From NCBI GenBank assembly GCA_965207455.1, contig CBDBMJ010000001.1, forward strand, positions 1,632,001 through 1,696,000: DNA of 64,000 bases, given 5' to 3'. The DNA is from Bdellovibrionota bacterium (lineage in GTDB: Bacteria > Bdellovibrionota > UBA1018 > CAIPTA01 > JAALKR01). The position numbers and the translations under genes are program-made. The first letter of the stretch is position 1, and every line of letters starts with the position of its first letter. This document shows positions 63,280 to 64,000 of the stretch, piece by piece. A model generated the notes under the pieces. The model made no database searches. It had not been told where the DNA came from and saw only the letters and a program-made list of their open reading frames with translations.

Positions 63280-63998
63280 TATACCTGCTCCATTAGTGTA
63301 AAAGAAATACCTCGAGCCTTCACCAATATTTCGCCCGGATTAGCACTTACTTCTCCACATAAATACGCCTTTCTATTTAATTTTTCAAACGATTGTATTA
63401 TTTCTGAGGCATGGGATGGGCTTACTGCAATCACCATACCCACTCCCATATTAAACGTGGAATATAATTCTTCAGAAGATATTTTAGCGCGCTCACTAAG
63501 GGTTGTGAAAATTCCGGGCAGTGGTGGTAGGGAATGAAATTCATAGCCAACCTTGGTGTTCATCCGTCGTATATTATGAAAGCCAGAGCCGGTGATATGG
63601 GCCAGCCCTTTTATCTTCCCTTTATGGGCTTTTTGAACCTCTACTATTTCTTTTACATAGAGTGTGGTTGGGGTGAGGCACTCCTTCAAAAGCTTTGTCT
63701 CCGATGAGTCGATAAGTTTTCGAACGAGGGAAAAACCGTTGGAGTGCAAACCACTGGAAGGCAAACAAATAAGAGCGTCTTTGGGCTGGATGGTTTTGCC
63801 TGTAATTAATTCTTTTTCCTGTACCTCTCCCACACAAAACCCAGATATGTCGTATTCATTTTTAGGAAAGCAATTGGGATGCTCTGCTGTTTCACCACCA
63901 ATAAGTGCCATGCCCGTGTCCAGGCACCCCTGACTAATCCCTTTTATAATATCCGTTTGGATGGGTATATCTAACGACTCACAAAGAATATAATCTAA
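63279..63998 (-). CDS. purM: Phosphoribosylformylglycinamidine cyclo-ligase (5' truncated by window)
   Basis: LDY..ALIGGETAEHP, SSGLHSNGFSLVR, LAHITGSG and TFNMGVGM; frame is open to the window end. Confidence 0.95.
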   Translation of the reverse strand, partial: LDYILCESLDIPIQTDIIKGISQGCLDTGMALIGGETAEHPNCFPKNEYDISGFCVGEVQEKELITGKTIQPKDALICLPSSGLHSNGFSLVRKLIDSSETKLLKECLTPTTLYVKEIVEVQKAHKGKIKGLAHITGSGFHNIRRMNTKVGYEFHSLPPLPGIFTTLSERAKISSEELYSTFNMGVGMVIAVSPSHASEIIQSFEKLNRKAYLCGEVSANPGEILVKARGISFTLMEQV

Positions 63999-64000
63999 AA

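Overview
Bacterial chromosomal window, probably from a Bdellovibrionota or other deltaproteobacteria-like predatory lineage. This placement is an inference from the Glt/Agl-type gliding cluster, the PhaR-like regulator and the many secreted proteases. 1-22 kb is mostly housekeeping and envelope genes: rhomboid, dcd, pckA, thrS with a 1-base frameshift, a PIF1 helicase, a TPR lipoprotein, GT4 plus O-antigen ligase, carB and rsmD. It also holds a ~950-aa protein that resembles a catalytically dead type IIG/Eco57I-like methyltransferase. 22.9-24.7 kb is an AT-rich islet with a frameshifted ClpP-fold (SDH family) protease, a coupled 66-aa acidic peptide and IS debris. A complete minus-strand rRNA operon (16S-tRNA-Ile-23S-5S) follows, then a HAMP kinase and a sigma54 response regulator. 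An IS1634 element with a 30-bp target duplication is nested in the end of a decayed rve-type IS, which has three copies in the window. 36.7-57 kb is a co-oriented, AT-rich minus-strand block: a subtilase, a large secreted protein, a stand-alone FTP/PepSY propeptide gene, two paralogous propeptide-less M36/M4-like lipoprotein proteases and gltG/F/D/C/A-like genes. The window ends with a single-chain AddB-AddA fusion, a DfrA-like folA and partial purM. The best candidates for undescribed systems are the split protease/trans-propeptide module beside the Glt cluster, the ClpP-fold protease plus peptide pair, the dead type IIG-like protein and the fused AddAB with two Fe-S-type nuclease domains.
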